From the NCBI GenBank assembly GCA_043808365.1, contig JAZDEZ010000021.1, forward strand, positions 403-64,402: DNA of 64,000 nucleotides, written 5' to 3'. The notes beneath the pieces were generated by a model, which did not search any database, was not told the DNA's origin, and saw only the letters and a program-made list of their open reading frames with translations. Positions 25,657 to 34,365 of the stretch are shown here, piece by piece. The position numbers and the translations under genes are program-made. The DNA comes from Patescibacteria group bacterium. Lineage in GTDB: Bacteria; Patescibacteriota; Patescibacteriia; UBA10025; JAHIVO01. Positions within the stretch are counted from its first letter, which is position 1, and every line of letters starts with the position of its first letter.

Positions 25657-26883
25657 ATGCTGTGGGCGAATTTTTTCCATATTTACCAGCCGCCAGGCTG
25701 GCCGAAAAAAATCATTGACAAGGTCGTTCGCGAAAGCTATCGGCCAATATTGGCCATCCTCAAGAAATACCCCCGGCTAAAAATTACGCTCAATATAACC
25801 GGTTCACTGACCGAGCAGTTGGCCGCGCATGGTTTTCAGGACGTTATTAAAAACATACGCCAGCTCTCCCAGCAAGGCAAAATCGAACTGGTGGGGAGCG
25901 CCATGTATCACCCCATCCTGCCATTACTGCCGGAGCATGAGATCGAACGGCAAATCAGGCTCAATGACCAAATTAACGGAAAATACTTCGGTCCAATCTA
26001 TCGGCCAACGGGCTTCTTCCCCCCGGAAATGGCGTACGGCCCGGTGCTGAATAAAATAATTAAAAGGCACGGTTACCGCTGGCTCATCATTGACGAAATT
26101 GCATCGAATGGTTTCTTGGGGCAAGCCAGCTTTGATCGGACTCACTCGATCAAAGGTTCATCACTGCAGGTAATCTTCCGAAACCGGAAAGTAAGCGATT
26201 TCCTTTCATTCCAAAGCCATTTGGGGTCGACTGCCCATTTTTGGAAGACCGTGTCCGCTGATAACCGCAGCCGCATCGTCCTGGTCACGGGCATGGACGG
26301 CGAAAATCTCGGCCACCACCGGCCCGGGCTGGACTCCTACTGGGCCAAGCTGGCAACTCACGGCAGCGTGACCACGGTCACGGTAAGCGAATTGCTCAAG
26401 CAGATCGACCGGCGCCGTATTGTGGCTCCGCGCCAATGCTCCTGGTCCTCGCAAGAACGCGAGTTGAAACACCGTAACCCGTTCAGTTTGTGGCAGGACC
26501 CGACCAACCCGATCCACAAACTCCAGTGGAAAATGATCTATAATTTAATTAGCATCATCGAACAGCACAAATCCCACCCAAAATACGCCGAAGCCCGCCA
26601 AAACCTGGATAAGCAGCTGGCCTCAGACCAGATGTGGTGGGCCTCCGCCAAACCGTGGTGGAGCCTGGACATCATCACCAGGAAGACTAATGAGCTCTTC
26701 CAAACCGCGCTTTTCATGGAGCCGGGGAATCGCAGCTTAATCAGCCTGGCAGAAAAAATAATCAAGCAAGCAGCCGCCTGGCAGAAAAAAAATACTTACC
26801 TAACCATCGCCACAAAATATCTAGCTACAAACCGCCATGACAACATCCGCTACATTGGCGGGAAGAAGATCACCATAAGCTAG
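25657..26883 (+). CDS. Glycoside hydrolase family 57 protein, copy 1
   Basis: WANFFHIYQPP, the AMYHPILPLL pattern, and MDGENLGHH. Confidence 0.75.
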   Translation: MLWANFFHIYQPPGWPKKIIDKVVRESYRPILAILKKYPRLKITLNITGSLTEQLAAHGFQDVIKNIRQLSQQGKIELVGSAMYHPILPLLPEHEIERQIRLNDQINGKYFGPIYRPTGFFPPEMAYGPVLNKIIKRHGYRWLIIDEIASNGFLGQASFDRTHSIKGSSLQVIFRNRKVSDFLSFQSHLGSTAHFWKTVSADNRSRIVLVTGMDGENLGHHRPGLDSYWAKLATHGSVTTVTVSELLKQIDRRRIVAPRQCSWSSQERELKHRNPFSLWQDPTNPIHKLQWKMIYNLISIIEQHKSHPKYAEARQNLDKQLASDQMWWASAKPWWSLDIITRKTNELFQTALFMEPGNRSLISLAEKIIKQAAAWQKKNTYLTIATKYLATNRHDNIRYIGGKKITIS

Positions 26884-26953
26884 TAGATAGTAATTAGTAA
26901 ATTAGTAACTAGTGAGTGAGTCAATTTCAGTGCCAACTGCAAACCTAATACCT

Positions 26954-27316
26954 ATGACCATAACTTCGTACAAAGACCTCATAGTATGGCAAAAATCAGT
27001 TGAGTTAGTTACGCAGATTTATCACATAACTAAAGGTTTCCCCAAATCGGAACAGTTTGGGTTAACGTCACAAATCAGGAGGGCAGCAATTTCCATACCC
27101 TCTAACATCGCAGAAGGTTGTGCCAGAAAATCACGACTTGAATACGCTCACTTTATTAGAATTGCATCTGGCTCCGGTGCTGAGCTTGAGACACAACTAT
27201 ATATTGCCCTGCAACTGAATTTTATCGATAAAAATACTTATAACACCGCCGAATCCTTATTAAATGAAATAATGAGAATGCTGAATAAACTGAACCTTTC
27301 TCTAAAATATCACTAA
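26954..27316 (+). CDS. Four-helix-bundle protein (23S rRNA intervening-sequence protein family)
   Basis: YKDLIVWQKSVELV..FPKSEQFGLTSQIRRAAISIPSNIAEG is the family signature. The ATG at 26954 is preferred to the GTG at 26912. Confidence 0.85.
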   Translation: MTITSYKDLIVWQKSVELVTQIYHITKGFPKSEQFGLTSQIRRAAISIPSNIAEGCARKSRLEYAHFIRIASGSGAELETQLYIALQLNFIDKNTYNTAESLLNEIMRMLNKLNLSLKYH

Positions 27317-27369
27317 CGTACTAATTACTAAACTACTAACTACTAACTTACTAATAACTAACTACTAAC

Positions 27370-28752
27370 ATGTACTGGGCAAACTTCCTCCACATTTACC
27401 AGCCGCCGACACAGAAAAAAATCTGGGTGAAAAAAATCGCCGAGGAAAGCTACCGCAAAATCCTCCGCGGCATGAAAGCCAATCCGCGCGCCAAGATGAC
27501 GCTGAATATTAACGCCGTCCTGACCGAGCTGTTTGACCGGTTCGGATGCCTCGATGTCATTGCTGACATCAAGCTGCTCGCTGAACGAGGGCAAATCGAA
27601 CTCACTGCCAGCGCCAAATACCATCCGTTCCTGCCGATGATACCGAAAGAGGAAATCATCAGGCAGATTGAGCTGAACACCGTCACGAACCTGAAATATT
27701 TCGGGCCAAAAGCATACCACCCGAACGGGTTTTTCCCGCCGGAAATGGCTTACAGCCGACAGGTCGGAGAGATCATCGCCCAGCAAGGCTACAAATGGCT
27801 GATCCTGGACGAACTCGCCTACTCCGGAAAAATAAAGGATATTGACTGGACCCAGCTGTACACGCTCAAAGGGTATCCGGACTTTTTCGTCTACTTCCGC
27901 GAACGGGAAGCCAGCTTCCGCATCCTCTCGGCCCAGATCGGCATGAGCGTCTTTTCCGGCAGTATGCTGGTCAAACTGCTCGGTGACCGCGTCAACCGCG
28001 ACGAATACCTGATCACTGCCATGGACGGCGAAACATTCGGCCACCACCGGCCGGGACTGGAAGATCTCCTGTTTGATATGTACAACACGGAAGAACTGAA
28101 ATCAGTGACCCTGTCAGAACTGCCGGCCATCTTTACCAAGCACGCCGCCATCGACCCGCGCTCGTCATCCTGGGCGCTCATGAAGAAAGACATAGAAGAC
28201 AACACCCCGTTCTCCCGCTGGATGGACAAGGACAATGTCATCCAAACCATGCAATGGGAGCTGACCAACCTGGCGATTAATGCCATTAAGCTCATTAAAC
28301 CGACTGACCCGATCTACGCAAAAATCCGCGGTGAACTGGACGAAGCCATCCATTCTGACCAGTACTGGTGGGCTTCGGCCATGCCATGGTGGAGCATAGA
28401 AATGATTGAGATGGGCGCCAAAGATTTGAAAGGCGTGGTGCAGGACTCCCCCGTACCGCCGGACATAAAACAAAAAGCCCAAGAACTGTACCAAAACATA
28501 ATCTTCACCGCATTTGAGTGGCAGCGCAGCGGCAAAGTGGATGTCATGGCCAAGTCGGCGGATGAAGACGTTACCCAGCGCATTACCACCGACATGCCGT
28601 ACATCCCCGAATCGGAATTCAATAAGATTGTCGGCAACCTAGCCAAACAGATGCTGGAAGCGGCCAAAGCGCAGGAATACGAGCGCGCCGCCCAGATCCG
28701 CAATCGGGTGAAGGAATTGAACGATAAAAAAGACCAAATTACAAGAAAATAA
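27370..28752 (+). CDS. Glycoside hydrolase family 57 protein, copy 2, with a C-terminal UVR-like motif
   Basis: WANFLHIYQPP and MDGETFGHH. The C-terminal LAKQMLEAAKAQEYERAAQIRNRVKEL matches the UvrB/UvrC UVR helix pattern. Confidence 0.75.
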   Translation: MYWANFLHIYQPPTQKKIWVKKIAEESYRKILRGMKANPRAKMTLNINAVLTELFDRFGCLDVIADIKLLAERGQIELTASAKYHPFLPMIPKEEIIRQIELNTVTNLKYFGPKAYHPNGFFPPEMAYSRQVGEIIAQQGYKWLILDELAYSGKIKDIDWTQLYTLKGYPDFFVYFREREASFRILSAQIGMSVFSGSMLVKLLGDRVNRDEYLITAMDGETFGHHRPGLEDLLFDMYNTEELKSVTLSELPAIFTKHAAIDPRSSSWALMKKDIEDNTPFSRWMDKDNVIQTMQWELTNLAINAIKLIKPTDPIYAKIRGELDEAIHSDQYWWASAMPWWSIEMIEMGAKDLKGVVQDSPVPPDIKQKAQELYQNIIFTAFEWQRSGKVDVMAKSADEDVTQRITTDMPYIPESEFNKIVGNLAKQMLEAAKAQEYERAAQIRNRVKELNDKKDQITRK

Positions 28753-28753
28753 T

Positions 28754-29761
28754 ATGGCCAGGCAAATCCAAGAAGTCGGTCGGGCTGCCTACATGCGCCG
28801 GTTTTTTAGCCGGCATATGAAGGAATTCTGGCCAGGCGCGAAAAAAATCACCTTCTTCTACAGCAAATACATGCGTTTCCTGTCAGAGGAAAGCTACACT
28901 ATGAAATACGAAATTGACCTGCTGATGAACAACGGGCAGGTCAAACGCAAATCCATCCGCGGCAACCGCGTGCAAAAGCCGACCTACGAGCTCATGAAGG
29001 CGTATTACCCGTATTTCCAAAAAAACGGGCAGCATGTCATTGCCCGTCCGCTCTATTACATGGACAATCTCGGTTTTATTTTATACGAGGAATACGAGGG
29101 GTGGGTGCTCAGGGAATTCGATCACCAACTGCCGATCCTGCAAAAGGCCGTTCCTGCCATCGCCCGAAGGCTTGCTGAAATCCACAATCGCCAGCTGCGA
29201 ATCAGCCCATTACGCACCTGGCGGGATGAGGAAGCATACTTCAACTTGTCTGAAAAAAAAGTGGCCAAATACATGCCTTTTGTTCGGCGCAAATTTTCCA
29301 GCCTGAAAAATCAGTACCTGCGGGGTTTGAAAAAAATATACAGCGAACGGGAAGCCATCTCGATCCATGGCGACTTCCAGGCCAGCAATATCATCTATGA
29401 CCTGCGCACCGGGGACATCGGTATCATTGATTTCTCCTCCACTTCCCAGTTTTCCCCGGCCAATGACGTGGCCACGTTCATGACCCATCTCCGGGCCATG
29501 GAATGCTTCATTTATCCTGACCATGAAATTACCCGGATGGAAAAAACATTTCTGGCCCGCTACTTGCGACATGCAAACCAACCGATAATGTTATTGGTAA
29601 AAAACCAACTACCGCTCTATCAGGCACGGATCAGCCTGGACATCATCACCACTACGGCAGTCTTTACGGAATACAATAAAAGCCCGCACTACTGGAAAAT
29701 CATCAATACCATGTTTGATCGGGCGGCTAGCAATCTTAAAAAATTAGCCAACCAAACATGA
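28754..29761 (+). CDS. APH/ChoK-family phosphotransferase (kinase-like); possibly sugar (malto-)kinase-like
   Basis: The IHGDFQASNIIYD..IGIIDFS catalytic-loop and DFS motifs are typical of the aminoglycoside phosphotransferase fold. The gene is embedded in the glucan operon. Confidence 0.55.
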   Translation: MARQIQEVGRAAYMRRFFSRHMKEFWPGAKKITFFYSKYMRFLSEESYTMKYEIDLLMNNGQVKRKSIRGNRVQKPTYELMKAYYPYFQKNGQHVIARPLYYMDNLGFILYEEYEGWVLREFDHQLPILQKAVPAIARRLAEIHNRQLRISPLRTWRDEEAYFNLSEKKVAKYMPFVRRKFSSLKNQYLRGLKKIYSEREAISIHGDFQASNIIYDLRTGDIGIIDFSSTSQFSPANDVATFMTHLRAMECFIYPDHEITRMEKTFLARYLRHANQPIMLLVKNQLPLYQARISLDIITTTAVFTEYNKSPHYWKIINTMFDRAASNLKKLANQT

Positions 29762-31230
29762 CTAACCCACTCAAAATCCTATTCGTTGCCGCTGAACTGA
29801 ACCCGATCGCTAAAGTCGGCGGCCTGGCTGACGTGACCGGCGCCCTGCCGATTGCCCTGAAAAAATTAGGCGTTGATGTCCGCATCGTCATCCCGAAATA
29901 CGGCATTGTCGACGAAAAAAAATATCCGTTTACCAAAGTCGCAGACAACGTCGAGGTGCCATTTAATCATGCCGTAGAAAAAATATCCATTTACTCCACA
30001 CCGCTCCCCGGCACGAACATCCCCGTTTACCTTCTCGACCATCCGGAATACCTGGGTGGCGGCGGCATCTATATCGAACCGGATGCCTCCTCGAACGGCT
30101 CAATCAAGGAAGCCCACAGATTCTTATTTTTATCCCGTGCCTGCTTAGCGATATGCGATCCGCTTGATTGGTACCCGGACGTCATCCATAGCCATGACTG
30201 GCATGTCGGCATGGTGCCGGTCTTGGTAAAAATCCTCGGCCGCAAAAACAAGCGGTTAGCATCTGCAAAAACAATCCTCACTATCCACAACCTGGAATAC
30301 CAGGGCTGGTATCCAACAGAGGTGATTATGGACGCGCTTGGTTTGGCTGGCGGAGAGTACCCGACGCTGGCAGAACGCCGTAACGCCCACATGTCCACCC
30401 TCCAACAAGCCATCCTGGCCTGCGACCTCATGACGACGGTCAGCCCGTCATATGCCAAAGAGATCCTTACCCCCGAATACGGATCGACGCTTGATCCGCT
30501 CCTGGCGCCGCGGCGCGATAAATTGATCGGGGTTTTGAATGGCATTGACGTCGCTCGTTTCAATCCGGCGACAGATAAGGATATTATTGCGAATTTTTCC
30601 GCTGACGACCCGACCAACAAGCTGCCATGCAAAGCCGACTTGCAGAAAGTCTGTGGACTCTCGGTCAATCCAAAAATCCCCATCCTCGGCGTCGTCACCC
30701 GCTTTGCCGAACAAAAAGGCATGGACCTAATCTGTTCCCTGAGTGAAGAATTGGCCGCATTCGATATCCAATTAATCATGCTGGGCACCGGCCTGCCGCC
30801 GATCGAAGCCGCGGTCAAAAAAATGGTGGCTGCCCATCCGGATATCTTCTATGCGAAAATAGCTTTTGACGCGCCATTAGCCCAAAAAATTTATGCCGGA
30901 TCGGACCTGTTTCTGATGCCGTCGAAATTCGAGCCGTGCGGCTTGGCCCAGATGATTTCCATGCGTTACGGCACTGTCCCGGTAGTCCGCGCCACCGGCG
31001 GGCTGATTGATACGGTCAAGGATTTCAACCCCGAATCGAAAGAAGGCGATGGCTTTGTTTTCAACGCCTTTGACGCCAAAGAACTGTCGGCCGCCATAAA
31101 AAGGGGGCTGGCGCTTTATCAGGACTCTGAAACGTGGTATAAAATAGTCAGGCGCATCATGCAAAATGATTTTTCCTGGAACAATTCCGCTGAAAAATAT
31201 CTCAAATTATATCAACAATTAGCCCCATAA
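29758..31230 (+). CDS. glgA: Glycogen/starch synthase (GT5), copy 2
   Basis: KILFVAAELNPIAKVGGLADVTGALPIAL, HSHDWHVG, FLMPSKFEPCGLAQM. Confidence 0.9.
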   Translation: MTNPLKILFVAAELNPIAKVGGLADVTGALPIALKKLGVDVRIVIPKYGIVDEKKYPFTKVADNVEVPFNHAVEKISIYSTPLPGTNIPVYLLDHPEYLGGGGIYIEPDASSNGSIKEAHRFLFLSRACLAICDPLDWYPDVIHSHDWHVGMVPVLVKILGRKNKRLASAKTILTIHNLEYQGWYPTEVIMDALGLAGGEYPTLAERRNAHMSTLQQAILACDLMTTVSPSYAKEILTPEYGSTLDPLLAPRRDKLIGVLNGIDVARFNPATDKDIIANFSADDPTNKLPCKADLQKVCGLSVNPKIPILGVVTRFAEQKGMDLICSLSEELAAFDIQLIMLGTGLPPIEAAVKKMVAAHPDIFYAKIAFDAPLAQKIYAGSDLFLMPSKFEPCGLAQMISMRYGTVPVVRATGGLIDTVKDFNPESKEGDGFVFNAFDAKELSAAIKRGLALYQDSETWYKIVRRIMQNDFSWNNSAEKYLKLYQQLAP

Positions 31231-31232
31231 CC

Positions 31233-32177
31233 ATGGTCAGGATCCCACCGGTCAAAAGCGAGATACGCGAGGACTACATCCATAACCGCTTCGTCATCAT
31301 CGCCCCGAAGCGCGCCAAACGGCCGCATGACGTGGCGGAACACCGCGACACGCCGGTCAAATCAAAAGACTGCCCGTTTTGCCGCGAACGCGAGCACGCG
31401 TCCCAGCGCCCGCTATACCAAGTCGGGCCGGACCAATGGTGGGAAATCAAGGTCATAAAAAATATCTTCCCTGTCGTCAGCACCCAGACCCCAAAAACAT
31501 ATGGCACCCAGGAAGTGATCATCGAAACGCCGCACCATAACAAGGAGCTGGCTGATTTTTCCGAAGCGCACATCGTACGGCTGCTGAAGGCGTATGCCAA
31601 CCGGACGGAAGAAATCAGCCGAGACAAGAAAATGAAGTACATCCTCATTTTCAAAAACCATGGCGGTAAAGCCGGTGCTTCGCTGGTCCACGCGCACTCC
31701 CAGATATTTGCGTCAGGTTTCATGCCACCCCATATCGTCAACAAACTGACCCGCGCTGAACAGCACCAGCTGAATTTCGGCGCGTGCTACTATTGCCAAT
31801 TGGCCAGGAGGGAATCAAGAGGCCCCCGCCGGATCGGCAGCGACCGGTACATGGCCGCTTTCACGCCGTACGCTTCCACGTACAATTACGAAGCTTGGAT
31901 CATGCCGAAGCGTCATGTGGACAACATCAGCTTACTGAATGATGCCGAGCTGACCTCGCTCGCCCACTATATGCAGCTGATCATCAAACGCTTGAACAAG
32001 CTCCAACTGCCGTATAACTATTACCTCCACCAGGCTATTACCGAGAAGCACGAACACCTCTACATTCGCATCTGTCCGCGACGCGACGTCTGGGCCGGCG
32101 TGGAAATGGGCTCGCGGCTGGTCATCAACTCCGTGGCTCCGGAAGCGGCGGCAAAGTTCTACCGCGGGGGAAAATAA
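31233..32177 (+). CDS. GalT-like HIT-family nucleotidyltransferase (hexose-1-phosphate uridylyltransferase / NDP-glucose phosphorylase-like)
   Basis: The CPFC zinc motif, and VHAHSQIF (HxHxQ active site). Confidence 0.7.
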   Translation: MVRIPPVKSEIREDYIHNRFVIIAPKRAKRPHDVAEHRDTPVKSKDCPFCREREHASQRPLYQVGPDQWWEIKVIKNIFPVVSTQTPKTYGTQEVIIETPHHNKELADFSEAHIVRLLKAYANRTEEISRDKKMKYILIFKNHGGKAGASLVHAHSQIFASGFMPPHIVNKLTRAEQHQLNFGACYYCQLARRESRGPRRIGSDRYMAAFTPYASTYNYEAWIMPKRHVDNISLLNDAELTSLAHYMQLIIKRLNKLQLPYNYYLHQAITEKHEHLYIRICPRRDVWAGVEMGSRLVINSVAPEAAAKFYRGGK

Positions 32178-32186
32178 TTCTAAATA

Positions 32187-32218
32187 AAACAACATGAGTA
32201 GTTTTATGTTGTTTTTTA
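32187..32218. terminator. Bidirectional terminator hairpin between convergent genes
   Basis: Stem AAAACAACAT / ATGTTGTTTT with A/T runs on both sides. Confidence 0.6.
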
Positions 32219-32220
32219 AT

Positions 32221-33399
32221 CTATTTTTTTAAAGGTTTTCGAAAGTATGTCAGCTTGCCAACTTTATACACTCCTGGCTTGGCCTCTTCATTCGGGTCTT
32301 TAACAATTTCGCCATCATGACTGACTGCTCCTTGTTCGACCAACCTTCGAGCCTCTGATTTTGATTTCTTTAAAACATCAGCCACTGTAGCTACGACTGT
32401 GCCAGCAGAACCAGAATAATTAATAATTTCTGACGGAAACTCTTTTTTTGAAAAAACTTTCTCAAACTCCTTTTCCGCGGCGATGGCGTCATGCTTGGTG
32501 TGGTAGAGTTCCACGATTTCCTTGGCCAATCGAGCCTTGAAGTCGCGCGGGTTGGCGCCTTTTTTCATGGCCAGGTCGAACCCGGCAATGTCTACGAGAG
32601 GCACATCGGTCAGTAAAGTATAATATTTAATGATCAAATTATCGGGAATCGACATGAGTTTGCCGAACATTTCTTTGGGCGAATCGTTTAAATTTACCGT
32701 ATTGCCGACGCTCTTTGACATCTTTTCTTTGCCGTCCAGCCCGACAAGCAATGGGACGGTCAAAATATCCTGCGGATCCTGCTTGTACGCCGGTTGGATG
32801 ACCCGGCCCGCGAGGACGTTGAACGTCTGGTCAGTGCCGCCAAGCTCAATGTCCGCGCGCAAAGCGACGGAATCGTACCCCTGCATCAGCGGGTACATGA
32901 GTTCATGTATCCAGAGGGGTTTTTTTGCGGCCAGGCGTTTCTGGAACATGTCGCGTTCCAGCATCTGGTTGACGGAAAACAGGCTGGCCAGCTGGAAAAA
33001 TTCCGCCAGGTCCATATTCTTATGCCATTCGGAATTGTACCGGAACTCCACTTTTGACAGGTCCAAAATTTTCCCGACCTGCTCGCGATAGGTGGCGACG
33101 TTTTCCTGAATATCCATATGGGTGAGCGGCTGCCTCGCCGAGACCTTGTCGGACGGATCCCCGATCCGGGCGGTAAAATCACCGACCAAAAAAATAGCCT
33201 GGTGCCCGAGGTCCTGGAACTGCTTGAGCTTGCGCAGGACGACCGTATGGCCGAGATGGAGAAGGGGGGACGTCGGGTCAACGCCCAGCTTAACTCGAAG
33301 CTTGGCGCCGCTATCCAGGCGTTTGACCAGGTTACTTTTAACAATAACCTGCTCTACCCCCCGCTCCAGGATTTCCTTGTTTTTTCCGTGTCGTAGCAT
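32221..33399 (-). CDS. tyrS: Tyrosine--tRNA ligase
   Basis: HLGH (HIGH motif), KMSKS, and a C-terminal S4-like domain (ARRLVEQGAVSHDGEIV). Confidence 0.9.
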   Translation of the reverse strand: MLRHGKNKEILERGVEQVIVKSNLVKRLDSGAKLRVKLGVDPTSPLLHLGHTVVLRKLKQFQDLGHQAIFLVGDFTARIGDPSDKVSARQPLTHMDIQENVATYREQVGKILDLSKVEFRYNSEWHKNMDLAEFFQLASLFSVNQMLERDMFQKRLAAKKPLWIHELMYPLMQGYDSVALRADIELGGTDQTFNVLAGRVIQPAYKQDPQDILTVPLLVGLDGKEKMSKSVGNTVNLNDSPKEMFGKLMSIPDNLIIKYYTLLTDVPLVDIAGFDLAMKKGANPRDFKARLAKEIVELYHTKHDAIAAEKEFEKVFSKKEFPSEIINYSGSAGTVVATVADVLKKSKSEARRLVEQGAVSHDGEIVKDPNEEAKPGVYKVGKLTYFRKPLKK

Positions 33400-33466
33400 A
33401 AGTCGTTTATATTATACCTTATTTTTGGTATACTAATAAAGCGAATTTGACTATTTTGCGCTATTT

Positions 33467-34363
33467 ATGGCTAGATATACGCTCGGAGTAGATATCGGGG
33501 GCACTAAAATCCAGACCGGTCTCGTAAACCGGCATGGCCGGGTTTCGGCCAGTAAAAAATTTCCTCTGGACCGGCGGAATAAAACCACAGCCCTGGACAG
33601 CATTATTGAGAGCATCCGATCAACCTTTATCAGGCACAAAGTGACTGCAATCGGCATCGGCATTACCGGACTGGTTGATTATAAAAAAGGCGTGGTCGAA
33701 GCCAGCCCCAACCTGCCCCGCTCGTGGAAAAAAGTCCCGCTTAAAAAAATTATCGGGCGGTTATTCCATGTGCCGGTATATGTTGATAATGACGCGCACT
33801 GCTTTTCGCTAGGCGCGGCCCATACGGGCATCGGTAAAAAATACCCGGTCGTGATGGCGCTAACGCTGGGAACGGGCATCGGCGCCGGGCTGGTGATAAA
33901 CGGCCGGTTGTACCGAGGCAAGCTTAACGTCACGGAATTCGGCCACACGACGGTCGCCGACCATTCGCCTCGGTGCAGTTGCGGACGTACCGGCCACCTG
34001 GAAGCGCTGATCTCGGGACAGGCGATGAGCGCGCTATACAGGCAATTCAGCGGGCGGCGCTTAGACGCATTCGCGATCGAAGCCGCGGCAAAACACGGCA
34101 ACCGGGCCGCGCGGCGAACCATCGGCACCATGTCCCATTTCTTGGCCATCGGGCTGGCTAACGCGATCCATTCGTATAATCCGGATTTGCTTGTTATCGG
34201 CGGAGGACTCTCCAGAGTCAAACTATTGACCAGGCCGTCTATCCGGAAGGCCCGCTCCCTCCTGCTGTACCCGCCGCTCAAAGAAACGAAAATAGTTACC
34301 GTAAAAGACCTAACGGAAGCGAACGTGGCCGGCGCCGCCCTTATTTGCACCCACTCATCGTAA
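33467..34363 (+). CDS. ROK family kinase (glucokinase-like)
   Basis: LGVDIGGTKI, VDNDAHC, and a Cys-rich zinc motif GHTTVADHSPRCSCGRTGHLE. Confidence 0.85.
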   Translation: MARYTLGVDIGGTKIQTGLVNRHGRVSASKKFPLDRRNKTTALDSIIESIRSTFIRHKVTAIGIGITGLVDYKKGVVEASPNLPRSWKKVPLKKIIGRLFHVPVYVDNDAHCFSLGAAHTGIGKKYPVVMALTLGTGIGAGLVINGRLYRGKLNVTEFGHTTVADHSPRCSCGRTGHLEALISGQAMSALYRQFSGRRLDAFAIEAAAKHGNRAARRTIGTMSHFLAIGLANAIHSYNPDLLVIGGGLSRVKLLTRPSIRKARSLLLYPPLKETKIVTVKDLTEANVAGAALICTHSS

Positions 34364-34365
34364 CT

